Shown: piece by piece, positions 29,501-50,399 of the stretch
How the letters are laid out: every line of letters starts with the position of its first letter
How positions within the stretch are numbered: the first letter of the stretch is position 1
Assembly: GCF_009914755.1 (NCBI RefSeq)
Contig: NC_060939.1
Origin: the human T2T-CHM13v2.0 reference genome, Homo sapiens
Length of the DNA stretch: 64,000 bases
Direction: 5' to 3' (one strand)
Notes under the pieces: model-generated
The model's database searches: none
The model's input: the letters and a program-made list of their open reading frames with translations, nothing else
Told to the model about the DNA's origin: nothing
Program-made: the position numbers and the translations under genes

Positions 29501-30971
29501 TCTTAGACCATCTCTAAGACCACTTCATCTATTTACACATCATTTGCTTGAACATTGCTGAACATCTGCGTGAACTTGGCCTCTCCAGCCCTTGCAGGTG
29601 GAAACAGCTGTGTCAAGGCTCAAGGCTCACGCTGAGGGGACTTGGAGGGAGGGGGCTTCTGCATTAAGCTTTCCTGGTGAAGACCCTTGATCTTGTCCAA
29701 AGCCCTGTGTCTTTGACTGGCTTCTCTTCAGAGTCCCCGTTGTCATCGTAAGACCCTTGCTGTTTGGAGGGTGGTCTTGTGACTGTGGCAGCTGCTGGCC
29801 GCTGGAATGAGGAGCCTATCTCCATCCTCCAGTGTGACTCAGGCAGAGCATTGAGAATTCCCAGGGCAGAAATCCTTCCTGCTCAGGCTTTCATTCTAAA
29901 ACTACAGTCTTCATTAAAGCTGAACTTTCTGGGTAGCTGAGCTTATATGCCCGGCATCTGAATGAGAGCTCTCTTTGTAACTGTGTGACTTGAGATCTAG
30001 TTTGCCAGCTCCTGGGAAACAATACATGTGTTCTTGTTTGTGTTTGCTCAGCAAGCAGATGTCTGAGATGTAAGAAGCTTTTCTTTTCCTGTGGCATTGA
30101 TTCTGACTTAGAGCTGAAGTAAAGATCACTGAAACATCACGTCAAGTTGAAGTCACTCATAGGTCTTTGTCCTTTAGGCAGGACAGGAGAGTCATTAAGA
30201 AGCATTTCACTGTAGCATTCTATCACAATATCATCTGGAATTGTTTTCTTTGCCCAGAAAGCCTTAACTTGCCTCTAGAGAATCCCTGGTATTACAACGA
30301 TATTGCGGCATTAGAATTCCAACTCTTCTGCTGTGGAAGTTTGAAGCGAAGCTGCAGCAAAACCAGAGAATTTCCTCAAGTGGCCTGTAGGCTCCTTGTT
30401 ATCTTATGCCCCCACCCCTCCCTCAACAATATGAGTGATCCAGAACTGGCCCAAACACCTCAGCTCTGGTCCCTTTTTGCCCTTCTTGGCCTTACTCTGT
30501 TGTTCAAAGCCACTTTGGATTGCTTGGATGCTTCGAACAGCCATGAAAAGTAGCCTGCCTGTGGCATTTAGAGGCCAAGCAATTGACAGAAAGGGTTTCT
30601 TCTACCTCTGTTATCTAAGCAGAGGGAAGTAAACCTCTCACCGCCCCCCACCCCTCACTGCCCCCGATTACACTAGAATTGCTTTCGCCAAATTGTAGTT
30701 GAAGCTAAGGAAGGGGAATCTGGCCCCTGCTGGGAGAGGGAACTGGAATGCCACACAAGGCAAGGCCTGCTTCCTTCCTTCCCCTCTGCTGCTGCTGCCT
30801 CGGAACGCTGCAGCCCAGGCTTCCTCCCACAGTGGCCCTTGGAAGCAGGCCGCAGAGTAGACAGCTGCTCCTTTTGGAAGAGTCAGTCCCCTGTGTTTTC
30901 TGAACTGTTTTTCCTAGCATGTATGTGGGTAGAGCTTTCATGCATCTCTAGTAATAATAAGCTGAAATTAG

Positions 30972-31325
30972 TTTTTTTTTTAATTCTCCAATTTAAAACT
31001 TTTAATTAAAAAGTAAATTTTAATGTCGAAAATGCAAACTTGGGGAGGGCAGAAAGATCACACACAAGGCTGTCACTTCATACTTGCAGGATTGCACAGC
31101 AGCCGGGCAGAGGCGCTCCTCACTTCCCAGATGGGGCGGCGGGCAGCAGAGACGCACCTCACTTCCTAGACAGTGCGGCAGCCAGGCACAGGCACACCTC
31201 ACTTCCCAGACAGTTGGGCGGCCAGGCAAGCGCTCCTCACTTCCCAGATGGGGCGGCTCCCGGGAAGCGGGGCTCCTCACTTCCCAGACAGGGTGGCCAG
31301 GCAGAGGTGCTCCTCACTTCCCAGA
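30972..31325 (-). mobile_element. SVA2-type element: SVA VNTR (6 units of ~39-40 nt) + unique 3' segment + poly(A)
   Basis: Six copies of cctcacttcc(c/t)aga at ~31118, 31157, 31197, 31235, 31275 and 31312 (reverse complement of SVA VNTR ...tctgggaagtgaggagcgcctctgccc). Then gtgacagccttgtgtgtgatctttctgccctccccaagtttgcattttcgacattaaa instead of SINE-R, then A10 (T-run 30972-30981). The SVA2 call is from recalled consensus. Confidence 0.75.
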
Positions 31326-32705
<1,380 letters not shown>

Positions 32706-33159
32706 GCATCTCTCCTTTTCCTGGTTAGACTCTGTTCAACCACATTCTTATGTTGGCAGATCTGCTTCCAGATTGATTTTTAGAGCACCATCACTTTCAC
32801 ATTCCTGATTCTGATTTTGTTTTGTTTTGTTTGGGTTTTCTGAAACTTAAAATGCTGCCCCGAAAATACTATATTTTTGAGTTTGTGTTCTGAAAGCCTC
32901 CGTGCTGCTGGATCTTTGGGGGGAAATACAGGATCCTTCAGCACTGAGGTGTTTAAGATTTGCAACTAGCAATGCAATTTTTTCTAAATATGGGGATATT
33001 TACCTTTATTAAGAAATTATACTAAACATTGATGTCCTTGATCATTTTATGTTCTCATATTACTTTTGATTCTACTATGATTGTGTGGTGGTGAACAAAG
33101 ATCATTACAAACAAAAACTGTAATTTTGTTATATTTGATTCAATGGAATTTACCTAAAA

Positions 33160-33200
33160 AATAAAGACTAAAAATGTGGTGTGGCTATGTGTCCTTTGTA
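33160..33200 (+). terminator. Distal ABHD2 poly(A) signal plus GU-rich downstream element
   Basis: AATAAA at 33160-33165, U-rich upstream, then gtggtgtggctatgtgtcctttgt. Confidence 0.8.
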
Positions 33201-33419
33201 TAGTGCCAGTTTTCCATCTGAAAGGATTCTTCCTGTGTCTTCACCAAAGTATGAGATTAATGGAAATACACAAAACCCCATTTTTGCACCACAATTGATG
33301 TTAGTCCATCCTTGCAAACAAATACCAAAACCTTGACCAGGCCACAAGTGTCTTCACAACCCCATCTTCTCCGGGCAAGAAAGCCAAGAACTAAAATAAG
33401 TGAAGTATCTCTTTTCTAC

Positions 33420-33704
<285 letters not shown>

Positions 33705-33828
33705 CTCAGTGTTTTAATCACTTCTTAAAGTGGATCATGAAGACAAAATACAAGGCAAGGTGTAAATGGTGCTTGCCGTGTGTGATTTGTATGCTTTTCC
33801 AATAATGTTCTTTGAAAAGAACAGGTGA

Positions 33829-34124
33829 GGCCGGGTGTGGTGCCTCACGCCTGTAATCCCAGCACTTTGGGAGGCCGAGGCGGGTGGATCACCTGAGGTC
33901 GGGAGTTCGAGACCAGCCTGACCAACATGGAGAAACCCTCTCTCTACTAAAAATACAAAATTAGCTGAGCGTGGTGGCGCATACCTGTAATCCCAGCTAC
34001 TCAGTAGGCTGAGGCGGGAGAATCACTTGAACCCTGGAGGTGGTGGTTGTGGTGAGCCGAGATCACGCCACTGTACTCCAGCCTGGGCACAAGAGTGAAA
34101 CTTCATCTCAAAAAAAAAAAAAAA
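33829..34124 (+). mobile_element. AluSp-like
   Basis: gtcgggagttcgagaccagcctgaccaacatggagaaacc. Confidence 0.93.
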
Positions 34125-35944
34125 AGACTAAGTGAACATTTCCTAAGTCAAGATTATATTGGGTTGGTTGGGTGCTGGTGGTGTTTTCTTCTTTGAATCT
34201 GTCTGAACCCAAGCTAAGGGTCTCCCAGGACCAAGCACTGGCTCAGCCAGGAGGGTTCTACCACCCCCAAGAGACACACAGCTCCCTTCCCTCCTTGGCC
34301 ACACAAAACCTTCGTCAAGTTAGGCAGGGTGGGGAGTGTTAGCTTTAGAAGTTGTGCATTAACAAAACCTAAAAATGCCTAGTGGCAAATTTCAAAATTC
34401 TTCCCTCTCTGGTCAGCAAGCTTTCCCTCGATTCATATCCCCCACAATATAGCCAGACTATTTTGGCCCAAGAAAACCAACTTGCAAAGAATACTACCTA
34501 TGAAAAGACTACATGGAAGAGATTTCAGGTCCAGGGCGTTGGGGAGGTCAGTGCCAGCTGCATGCCAATGTGGTCAGGCAGGACCAGTAGCACACATAGC
34601 TGCCCTCTCCTGAGGCAGCCATACAGCATTTGTGTTCAGTGACACCTCACTCACTGCCCCAGTCATGCTACTTTTTATTTTACCTTTCATTAACTGGCCT
34701 CTCTGCTCTAGTCCTATAGGAAGTACTTTCCCTTGGTGAGGATCAAACACCTTACTGGATGGCCCTTCATATGACAGCCTCCCCTCCTCACTTCTCTCTT
34801 GGGTGTCTTTAGAGGGAGTTACATGAAAGTGCTACCATATATCAGAGTGGTTGAAAGACATGACGGGCAATTTGGCCTCGAACTGGTGAACCCCTCCCCA
34901 AAGGGGATAAAATTAAATACCTCTCTCCATGTGGCTTTGTGTCACCCACACCTTCCTTTTGAGTCATGCTATCTACCACATTTACCCCAGCATCTCTGCT
35001 GAAGACTGGTTTCCTCTTAAAGTCATTTCCTCCTCATCTGATGATAGTTGGTGAAATTAACCTGAAATATATGAAATTGTCATTTCATTGTTTCTTCTCC
35101 CTTCTGCCTGCACCTCTCCCATCCCCAGAAATAAGTGAAACAAACACTGGAGACAAAGCACGAGTAACAACAGAGCCAGAGAGATTTGGAGCCAGAGTTG
35201 CTGGGTCAGGGTCCCATCCTCGCCATTTCTAGCTCTTTGATCCTAAGCAGGATTTAACCTCGGATTGTTATTTATTTATTTATTTATTTATTTAATTTAC
35301 CTATGGGAATAATTATACTAAGAATGCCTACCTCAGGATAATTGAGAGGTTCAGATGATATTTTTCAGAGTGCTGATGTTACTTTGGACAGTGGTTTGGC
35401 TTGATCTGTTTTGTTCCCACTCATACATCATCTCCAAGGTAGAAACTACAAGCAAAGTGTCTGACATGGTCCAGCTCCACATCAAAGCGTCTAACTGATG
35501 GGCTGCGAGGAAAGCAGAGCCCGTCCTGGTTATAGTTTCCAAACACATTCCTGGGCTCAGAAGTGCTGACGAGCCACGTTGTGTGCACCATCAAACTCTA
35601 ATCCTTGTCTTTTCCTTCATATGTGGGCACCTTGAGAAATCAAGGTGTATACATGTCCTGCCTACTGGCAAGGCGACTTCCGGGCACAGCCCCACAGTGG
35701 AACTTGCTTATTCTGGGACATTTAGCCTGTCAGCTGCAGTCTTCCCACAGGGCTCCTGCAGCCTTCTTCTCTGTTCTCTGCTCACATGCAAGGTTTGCCT
35801 TTAAACCCACAGATATGAATACTTACTAGAGTGGGGGTTCCTCCATATCCTCACCTCCATATGTCAACATACAGGGTTTAAAGCAGTGCACATTTGAGCC
35901 ACCTGCTGGGAGGTAGACAACCACGGTTTTGTAAGCATTGATTG

Positions 35945-36891
<947 letters not shown>

Positions 36892-37196
36892 TTAAGAGAA
36901 AGGTATACCTCTTCTAGTAAGGCTTTGCCAGGCCCCCAGGCAGCACTAACCTCCTCCACTTTCCCCTGGGTAAACCCGAGGCAGTGGCCAATCTCATTGA
37001 GAGGCTCTCTGAAGCTGGTGCCCGCTTCCTTCCTGAGACCTCCACCCACAGCTTGATGAATTGCCTCCAGACTCTGCTGTCTCCATTCTCCCAACGTCCA
37101 CATTAGCATGGCAGAAATGCGTTGCTGCAACCTTCCAACCCTCAAATTACTTTGATGAGGCAGAATCCCTGCCTTATCCCAGATGTCCCCAGAAAG

Positions 37197-37550
<354 letters not shown>

Positions 37551-37828
37551 TTATGGGCACCAAATGGTTGTCATAAAATTCACGTTTTGTTGTCCCCCTT
37601 CCCATAGCTGGTGGCCTTCAAAAGAGTATTTTATTGTCTCTCTCCAATAATGTGGGGGCCATTTGTAGGAATCACACACACAGGCAGCTGGGATTTTGTG
37701 AAGCTGAGCACGTCAGATTTTAACATTGGTAGTCTTCAGACACGTTTTCCCAAAAGCGGCACCACCTTCTCAGGCAAGGTCTGGCCCAGCCCACCCAGCT
37801 AACCCTCCTGCCCAGCTTGTCCCTGGAG

Positions 37829-37863
37829 GGGCAGTGTCAGGGCACGGCCAGCAGGGGGCGGCG
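37829..37863 (+). promoter_or_regulatory. CTCF motif (core plus upstream module) between ABHD2 and RLBP1
   Basis: gcagtgtc...ggCCAGCAGGGGGCGgc; locally CpG-rich. Confidence 0.7.
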
Positions 37864-38201
37864 CGAGCACACATTCAGAGCCGGCTCGCGGGATTCCCAA
37901 CCCCTATGGCTTCTTCCTCAGAAAGCCACTTGGTTTTCTTATCAGACGGGGTCCCTGGGCTAAGGCCCCAGCCCTGCTGACCTTAGGGACGACCCCAGCA
38001 TCCCATTCGGGTTTGAGTAGGAGCTAGGGCTGCCCCAAGAGTCTTCTGCTCAGCATGTGCCTGATTTCATTTATATATTTAGAGCTGCCACAAATTCAGA
38101 GTGGACCTGGACTGTGTCCAGGAGGGCACCTGGCAGCTCGGGGCTCCGGGGAAGATGGGAGTCAGTGGATAGGGATCAACCAGTGTTTCCCTCAGATTTA
38201 G

Positions 38202-38683
<482 letters not shown>

Positions 38684-38799
38684 TGACCCCAAAGCACCAT
38701 TGACAGTTCTCGTACTTGAAATACCTTCTTAGCTCCAGATGTTCATAAGCGATCTCTCAGGGTGAGGCCCCTTCTACCAGAGCAGCTTCATTCTTTTTA

Positions 38800-39103
38800 G
38801 GTTGGTGTTGTGTTTTGTTTTGTTGATACAGGGTCTCCCTCTGTTGTCCAGGCTGGGGTGCAGTGGCACAACCATGGCTAACTGCAGCCTCGACCTCCTG
38901 GGCTCAGGTGATCCTCCCACCTCAGCCTCCTGAGTAGTGGGGACTACAGGCGTGCACCACCATGCCCAACTAATTTGTGTATTTTTTGTAGAGGTGGGTT
39001 TCACCATGTTGCCCAGGTTGGTCTCAAACTCCCACGTTCAAGCAATCCTCCTGCCTCGGCCTCCCAAAGTGCTGAGATTATAGGCATGAGCCACATGCCT
39101 GCC
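38800..39103 (-). mobile_element. AluJ
   Basis: Reverse dimer, J-type. Confidence 0.9.
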
Positions 39104-39393
39104 CTTTTTAGGTTTAAATACCAAGGTTCCATGTGAGATTTCATTTGCAAAAATGAAGCCTCAACTTTTGGGACAAAATCCTCACTGGTTGATCTCCTAC
39201 CCTTCTGCCCATAATAATTTGCTGTGATTCCTCCTCCAGCCTAGGAGTCCTATGTAAATACCATTTTTGTTTTCATGGATTTTATGACCATGGCTTGTTG
39301 ACTGTGAATGTTATAAAGAAGGAAGTTTCTTGGGTAATGAGCATACACTACAAACCCTAGGAGTGAGAGAAGAAAGTATGTAAGAAATAAGTG

Positions 39394-39480
39394 CATATAT
39401 ATATCTATTTATAAATATATATATATATACACCCACACACACACATATGTATACATTGACATATACATGAACATGTACAC
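39394..39480. repeat. (AT)n/(AC)n low-complexity tract
   Basis: catatatatatc...atatatatatacacccacacacacaca. Confidence 0.85.
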
Positions 39481-39974
39481 AGCCTCACTGAAAAGCAAGA
39501 AAGAGAACTCTCAGTGGATCAGAGAAATTCCCAAAGGTGTGAAAGCAGATAGGACTGAATTGAATCCAAAGTCCAGAAAACGGTTGGAATATCCTGGCCC
39601 AAAAGGTAGGTGCAGCACTAAGGGTGCTTGATACCCACAAAGAATGGGGGTGACCCTACAGGCAAGAGCAGACAAGTCTTGGGTTGATTGACTGGGATGC
39701 CTTGGTGGGAACAACAAGCCTTGCCTACTGCCACTAGCCAGCCAGCGTCTGCTTCCATGTGGGAAAATGAGTGTAGCATCTTGGAAAAAGTATCTGTCAA
39801 TGCTCAGGAGACCCATGCCCAGAAGAAGCCAGCACTTACCCAAGAGGGAACAGCATGCTCAGCAAACAGGGCATCTAACAGGGATTCTCACCTACAGAAA
39901 TGAGCACACACCTGAAAATCACCAAGCACTTGAGGAAAGCCAACTCCACAGAAGGAAAGCATTTGTATTTGTCA

Positions 39975-40294
<320 letters not shown>

Positions 40295-40699
40295 ATGCAG
40301 ATTTGGAAAGTGTAAGTTCATCACCGTAAAATGCCTGAGAGTGAAGACAAAAAAAGAGCTTTAACTCTATAACTTGAGGACTGAGTGAGTGCTCAGAGAA
40401 GATGCCACTTATAATTCGAAGTAGAACTGTCCATCCAGGCAAGGGGACTGGAGGAGACAGCTTTTGGTGGAAAGACTCCTTCTCCCAGACAGATGGAGGG
40501 AACATGACTGCCACCCTGGAAAGAGGTCCAAGTTCCTGACCACCCCACACACGTCAGACTGCACCTCAGCAAGGGGAGGAGGCCACCCCTGAATGAAGCC
40601 ACTTCCAGGCCTCTTCCACCCTGGAATTCTGTGTGGAAAACTCCCAGCCTGCCTAGAGGCCACCAGGACTGCTGCGTTTGCCAAATCATTTGAACATAT

Positions 40700-41116
40700 A
40701 TCCTCTCTCTTTTATCTTCTTTTATTGCATTTTGGGGGCGAATAGGGGGATATTTTAACCCGGGCTCCTTGCCTGTTTTCACAGACTCTAAGTCGTAAAA
40801 CTCTGTTACAAAGGAAATGACTGAGAAAATGAATTCGAGTCTTTGAAATACAACCTTACACAAAAATCACTGTCTTAAAGCTTCAAGGGCAGGTGGAAAT
40901 ATAACTATCCCCAGTTCTTCTTGTTCAAGGGAATTCCCCCTCCTTTATTCCCCATCCCCCAACTTGAGAACAGGGTGACACCTGAGCTCACTCGGGCTTA
41001 GGGAGTCTAAGGGGGGACCACAGTCATCTCAAGCAGCCCTTTCCTAGCCTTGGGTCCAGGACAGTTGAGGAGAGGCCCAGAGATTCTAACTACAGTTCAG
41101 CTGGCAGGAGATGTTT
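40700..41116 (-). other. RLBP1: RLBP1 3' UTR
   Basis: Between the stop codon and the AATAAA (plus-strand tttatt 40721-40726); cleavage site inferred. Confidence 0.8.
40721..40726 (-). terminator. RLBP1 poly(A) signal AATAAA
   Basis: tttatt on the plus strand, ~390 nt after the RLBP1 stop. Confidence 0.8.
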
Positions 41117-41422
<306 letters not shown>

Positions 41423-41491
41423 TCAGTGGGATCCACATAGCTCAGGACCATGGTAGAGTGTGAGGAGGGCTCAGGTGAGGCCCCACCCTCA

Positions 41492-41686
<195 letters not shown>

Positions 41687-42451
41687 TCAGAGGCTCCCAC
41701 TCATTCCCTGCTGCCTCTCCTCATGGCATAGAACAGACTTGTCCAGCATCACAGGGCTGCCCTGGAGAAGGGCCCACTGAAGGTCCTATTTCCAGGCCAG
41801 CAACTAGGGATCCCTGGCTCACTGTGGCCCAGACTGCACGGAGGAAGCCCCAAGATTCATAAGACCCAACCCTCTCCCTGCTGATGCAAATTAAACTGGG
41901 AATTAGGAAAAGAAATGAAAGTAGCCTTGCTTGACCTTTTGGTGAGTTTTTTCAAACCCACTTGCCTGCCGAAGGGACTGCAAACTATTACAAACGACAG
42001 GAACAGTATTATCATCCCTCATTGTCCATCAGCCCCTCCCACAACCTCCACCTCCCACCCCTCCTTTCCCAATACACAGAGCAGATCTAAGATGGCTCTA
42101 AGAAAGGACTCCTGACATGTCAGCACATATAGGAGTGAGTTATCAGAGGGTTAGTGATAATCCCTTTCTCGGGGTGAATCCACATTCAAAGAGAGGCAGT
42201 GCGACATATGTGGACAGACAACATGGGATTCCAGGTCAGAAGATGCAGGTTCAAGTCTGGCCTCTGCCGCTTTATTGCTGTGTGACCTCGAGATGTCTCT
42301 TAAATCTCTGAGCCTTCGTTTCCAGGTTTGAAAAATGAAGCAGGGAAGGAGGGAGAGAATGCTCTCAAGGAGTCGATGGAAGAATGAAAGGGAATACTTG
42401 GCAAACTGTCAATCACTATGCAGGTGCTTATGGTTGGGACTGTGGCTGTCA

Positions 42452-42763
<312 letters not shown>

Positions 42764-43043
42764 CTAACCCGCAACAATAATTAAGGCTTGAGGTCCTGAG
42801 GGGAGAGCTAATTGGTACATTCTTCACTGGGGTAATTTGCTGCAGGCTTTGATCTCGGACATTCCACTTCTGTGAATGTATACCAAGAAAACAAGTTCAA
42901 ATGTCACATCCATGCTTAGAGGCCAGAAGGTTTATCCCAGTACTCTTGCAATAGTGGGAACATTGGAGACAACCTAAATGTCCAACAATGGGAACTGGTG
43001 AAATTATGGTACATTTATGCCATGGAATACTCTGGAACAATTA

Positions 43044-43490
<447 letters not shown>

Positions 43491-43520
43491 ATGAAAAGAT
43501 TGGAAGGATGTCAATAGTAG

Positions 43521-43884
<364 letters not shown>

Positions 43885-43959
43885 TGAGTAGATATCACTT
43901 ACGTAATAAGAAAAAACATATATTTAAGTCTCTTCCTTAATACACACAGATAGGCAGGT

Positions 43960-45342
<1,383 letters not shown>

Positions 45343-45674
45343 TTAAAGGAATCTTTTTCAGGCTCAGTGGCGCATGCCAAAGTTCTCCCAAGACAAACCC
45401 TAATTCCCCAACTTGGGGCAGCCCCCTTAACGGCTCAGACAAGCAAAATTGCGTACACAATTTTGCGAGCACAAAGAACTCGGGCTCCTAAATAGATTGG
45501 AACCTGTGCTTTCCAGAATCTCTTCCAGCCTATAGTCCACTAATCCCTGTTCTCTCTGTTGCTCTCAGCATTTAGCATGTGGCAGGGCAGCCCCCAGCTC
45601 ATGGCACACAGCTGTTACCCCCACTTGGCACTTGGCAGGGATACCCAGGAAGAGCCATGTATTATTGACCATCA

Positions 45675-46097
<423 letters not shown>

Positions 46098-46689
46098 TCA
46101 GGGAGCCATCCCATCCCTACCCCATCCCTCCTAGTGGGACTCAGAGACCTGGCCTCCTGCCAGGTCCTATGTGTGACCGAGCTGGCTACTCAACCTATCC
46201 GAGCCCCATGTTTCCTCTCCAAAAAATGGGATCTCGATATTGACCTATCTATTCTAGATAGTCTAGATAGTGGCCTATCTCACCAAATTGTTGTGGCAAT
46301 CAAATGAGATTCAAGGTGTAAACATCATCATAAGCTTGGGCAAACATGAGGCATAGTCTTAAATATGAGGATAATCATTACTTGTTATTTTCTTCCCCAT
46401 GGGGACAAGACACAGATTTTTCAGCTGGGCACAGGATAAGCTGAGTGGTGAGGTGTGCACAGGGCTGAGGAGAAGCTCCCAAGTAAAATCCAAACCCCAA
46501 GCAGGACACAGAGCTCCTGATTCCAGCAGCACCTCTACGGTCCACAAACACCATCCTTACCCATCCTGAGCAGTTCCCCACCTCTGTGGCCTGCACCACC
46601 AAATTTGAGCCCCTAGAGGACCTGGGCACCTCTGCCAAGAGACTGCCACATCAACTTGCTCACTGCTCTGGAACACTCTGGGCACCTCC

Positions 46690-47020
46690 CAACCCCTGGC
46701 CTTTGTCTTTGCTGTTGCCTCTGCCCTGGCTGCTCTTCCCCACAGATATCTCATTTCCTTCGGGTTTTTCTTCAAAATTCCCTTTGCACTGGGACTTCCC
46801 TGGCCACTTTATCTAAAACTTCAGCCCCTCAAGACTTTATATCCACCTCCTTAATTTCTTTCCTTATTCCTTACCATTATTTAACCCTATATAATTTTAC
46901 TTTATTTATTGGATGTATTGTTTCCACCATTAGAATATGAGTTCCACCAGGGCAGGGAACTTGTCTGTTTTGTCTCCACTGCATCCCTTGGCCTAAAACA
47001 GTTCTTGGCACAGCATGGCC
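46690..47020. mobile_element. L2 3' fragment
   Basis: gctgttgcctctgccc...tagaatatgagttccaccagggcagggaacttgtctgttttgt...cctaaaacagttcttggcacag. Confidence 0.7.
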
Positions 47021-47144
47021 CTGAATTACCATTTGGAGAAGGAAGAAGTAGGAAAAGGAAAATCATTAGCCTGCAGAGGGCCCACTCAGACCCCATTTCC
47101 GTCCACCAGTGCCCAAGATTCGATTTCTTGAGGGAACCACCCCC

Positions 47145-47451
<307 letters not shown>

Positions 47452-47794
47452 GATGATTTCTTGAGGCATCCTGTCTTCATCCAGCCAGCAGTGCCAGAGC
47501 GGTTCTGTCCCCGGGGTTCATTCCCAGGTCTGACACCATCTTCAGTTCCACTGCACATGAGGCTTAGGTAACTGCCCTGAGAGAGGCACTATCCACCTTC
47601 CTGCAGCATTCCAGAGCCAAAGCTTAGGTTCTCATGGTGGGGGTCTGGAGGGGAAATTCCTCCCCTCGTCACCCAAATGGGGTACCCAAGTTTTACTCAT
47701 TGAATCCCAAGACTGGGAGAGAGTTGAGAGGACTCAGACCTCCAGAAATCTGCTCCTGACACACTTCATTCATTCATTCGTTCGCTCATTATCA

Positions 47795-48154
<360 letters not shown>

Positions 48155-49361
48155 CTAGAACAGGGTGGGGTGTGCATGAAGTTAAACTTAGGTGCGGGTG
48201 AGGGGCAGGACACACAGGTGATGAGTCTCCTGCCAGAGCTAGACCAGCCAAGGGGGCCCAGGGGTCTGCAGCCGCAGCTTTGCTTTTCTGCCCCAGGGGC
48301 AGCATCTGCACTGGCAACACCTGAGACTGTTGTGTGTGGAGAGAATTCGCATATTTGCAGAATATGGCCAACAGTCTAAAAGTTTCTAAAAATGACTGCC
48401 TACACTCACTGAGCCTTTGCCTAGCAACCTGCTAAGTCCTTTAAATGCACTGTGTTTTTTAATCTTTGCCACAGACCATCATGGTAGGTGTTCTTATCCC
48501 CAGCTCTCAGATGAGCAGACTGAGGCTCATAAAGGTGAAGATATTCTTGCTCAAGGTCACCCAGAGAGAAAGGAGTGGAGCTGGGACTCCTCTTTTCATC
48601 ATTTCACTCTGCTGCCTCCCAGGCTTGATTCTGATTTTTTCAAAAACACGGCTCTCTGGCAGATGGCAGCCTGCCTCCTGCCCAGAGCCTCACATTCCTC
48701 CCCTCTGCTGGGTCAGGAGAACTCCTCCGTGCGCCTCAGGCAGCTCTCTCCTTGGACAGCATGAGGAGGGAAGGGAAAGGAGGGGGAGTAAAGTGTGAAG
48801 GAGCTAATAGCACCTTTCCCTTGAGATGCCCAAGGAAGCAGAGATGGAAGCTGGGTGCCCAGGCTCAGCTCAGCCACTTCTCATCCTCCCCAGCAGCCCT
48901 AAGACAGCTCTGTCAGCCTCCACAGAGCACAATCTGATCACCTCTGAGCTAGTCTACCAACCGTCTTTCATAGATACAGAAGGCAAGACCCAGAGATGGA
49001 AAGCAATCTGCCTAAGGTCACACAGCAAGCTGAAAGTAGGTCTGGTTCTGGAACTCAAGTCTCTTGCCTGTCTAGCAGGGGCAGCAATTGGATCCTTGTT
49101 CCCCGGGGCCATTTCCAAACCAATGCTTCTCATATTGAGTCTAGTTTAGAGGGCCCTAGTTCCGAGGCTCTGGGCTGTAGTCTTGGGTTGGGCTGGCCTG
49201 GCTGGGTGTCTGGTCAACCCAGTTGCTGCCATAGCCGTGACCACCAGGAAGGACCTTAGAACAGGCCAGTCTATCAGGTCCAGGATGATCTGGAGTGCCG
49301 AGGCTGGACCCTTTTCACAGGAGAGAGAATGCAGTCATGTTCCCCTCATGTTGCCTCCCTA

Positions 49362-49601
<240 letters not shown>

Positions 49602-49793
49602 TCAGTTCTTTTGCCCAAGGTCATTGTTAAGCCTCCTCCTTTTGTGGGGTCAGGACCCACACAGGGGTTATAGAAGTGTGTGCCTATATTCCCGGGCAGA
49701 GCATAAGATAGAGAAGTAAGGAGGGAGGGAGAGGGAAGAGAGAGAAGAGAGGGAAGGTGGGTGGAGGAGAGCCCTGGAGGACAGGGTACTTAC

Positions 49794-49805
49794 CCCTTCT
49801 GACAT
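49794..49805 (-). CDS. RLBP1: RLBP1 first coding segment (MSEG)
   Basis: gcaacATGtcagaaggg|gtaagt; exon sum 12+129+205+179+159+111+159 = 954 nt = 317 aa + stop. Confidence 0.93.
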
Positions 49806-49905
49806 GTTGCCTATGGAAGACACAGAGTCCTTGGAAAAAGAAGGGATCTGCTTTCTCTGTCCTGGCCTCTCCAGCCGGCCCCTTCCCTAGGATAGGAAGT
49901 CAGGG
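49806..49905 (-). other. RLBP1: RLBP1 5' UTR part of the ATG-containing exon
   Basis: Acceptor ttctaacccctgcag|ccctgac with branch-point-like ctaac; matches recalled mRNA; alternative AGs lie downstream. Confidence 0.7.
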
Positions 49906-49944
49906 CTGCAGGGGTTAGAAAAACCATTCTGTTATTGTCTCAGA

Positions 49945-50135
49945 ACTGTGGATCTCAAACTTTCAATTGCATCAGAATCACCCGAGGCATTTGTTAGAAA
50001 CGCAGGTGCCTGGGTCCCAACCTCCATGATTCTGACTCTGCAGGTGCAGGCTGTGGCCTAGGAACCTGCAATTTAAAGCACTTCCTGGTGGCTCTGAGGG
50101 AGATGGTTCTTGGGCTACACTTTGGGAAACACTGC
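49945..50135. mobile_element. MER5A-like MITE
   Basis: ctgtggatctcaaac...gcatcagaatcacc...cactttgggaaacactg. Confidence 0.75.
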
Positions 50136-50399
50136 TTGGACAAAGGGCACAGACACAAATAGCTCAGTCCTTAGATGTTAAAACAAGTTGGCCCTGCCAG
50201 GAAAAAAAGAATCTGGCTCTGTTCTCAATGACATGATCACTGCAGGATAAGGCAATCTCTCCTCCCTCCTGTGGCCATCCTTCTCCAGCCCGAAGGAGTC
50301 CCTCAGAAACTTCGCAGCCTAGTGGATGGCCCTTTCCCCAATGCATTCATTCTCAAGATGGGTGATGACCAGTTACATAAGTACATAATCACGAGACTG

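Noticed and set aside
31099-31325. Regularly spaced ~16-nt repeats with variable spacers resembling a CRISPR array
   Set aside because: Eukaryotic context, spacers are similar to each other and there are no cas genes; it is an SVA-type VNTR.
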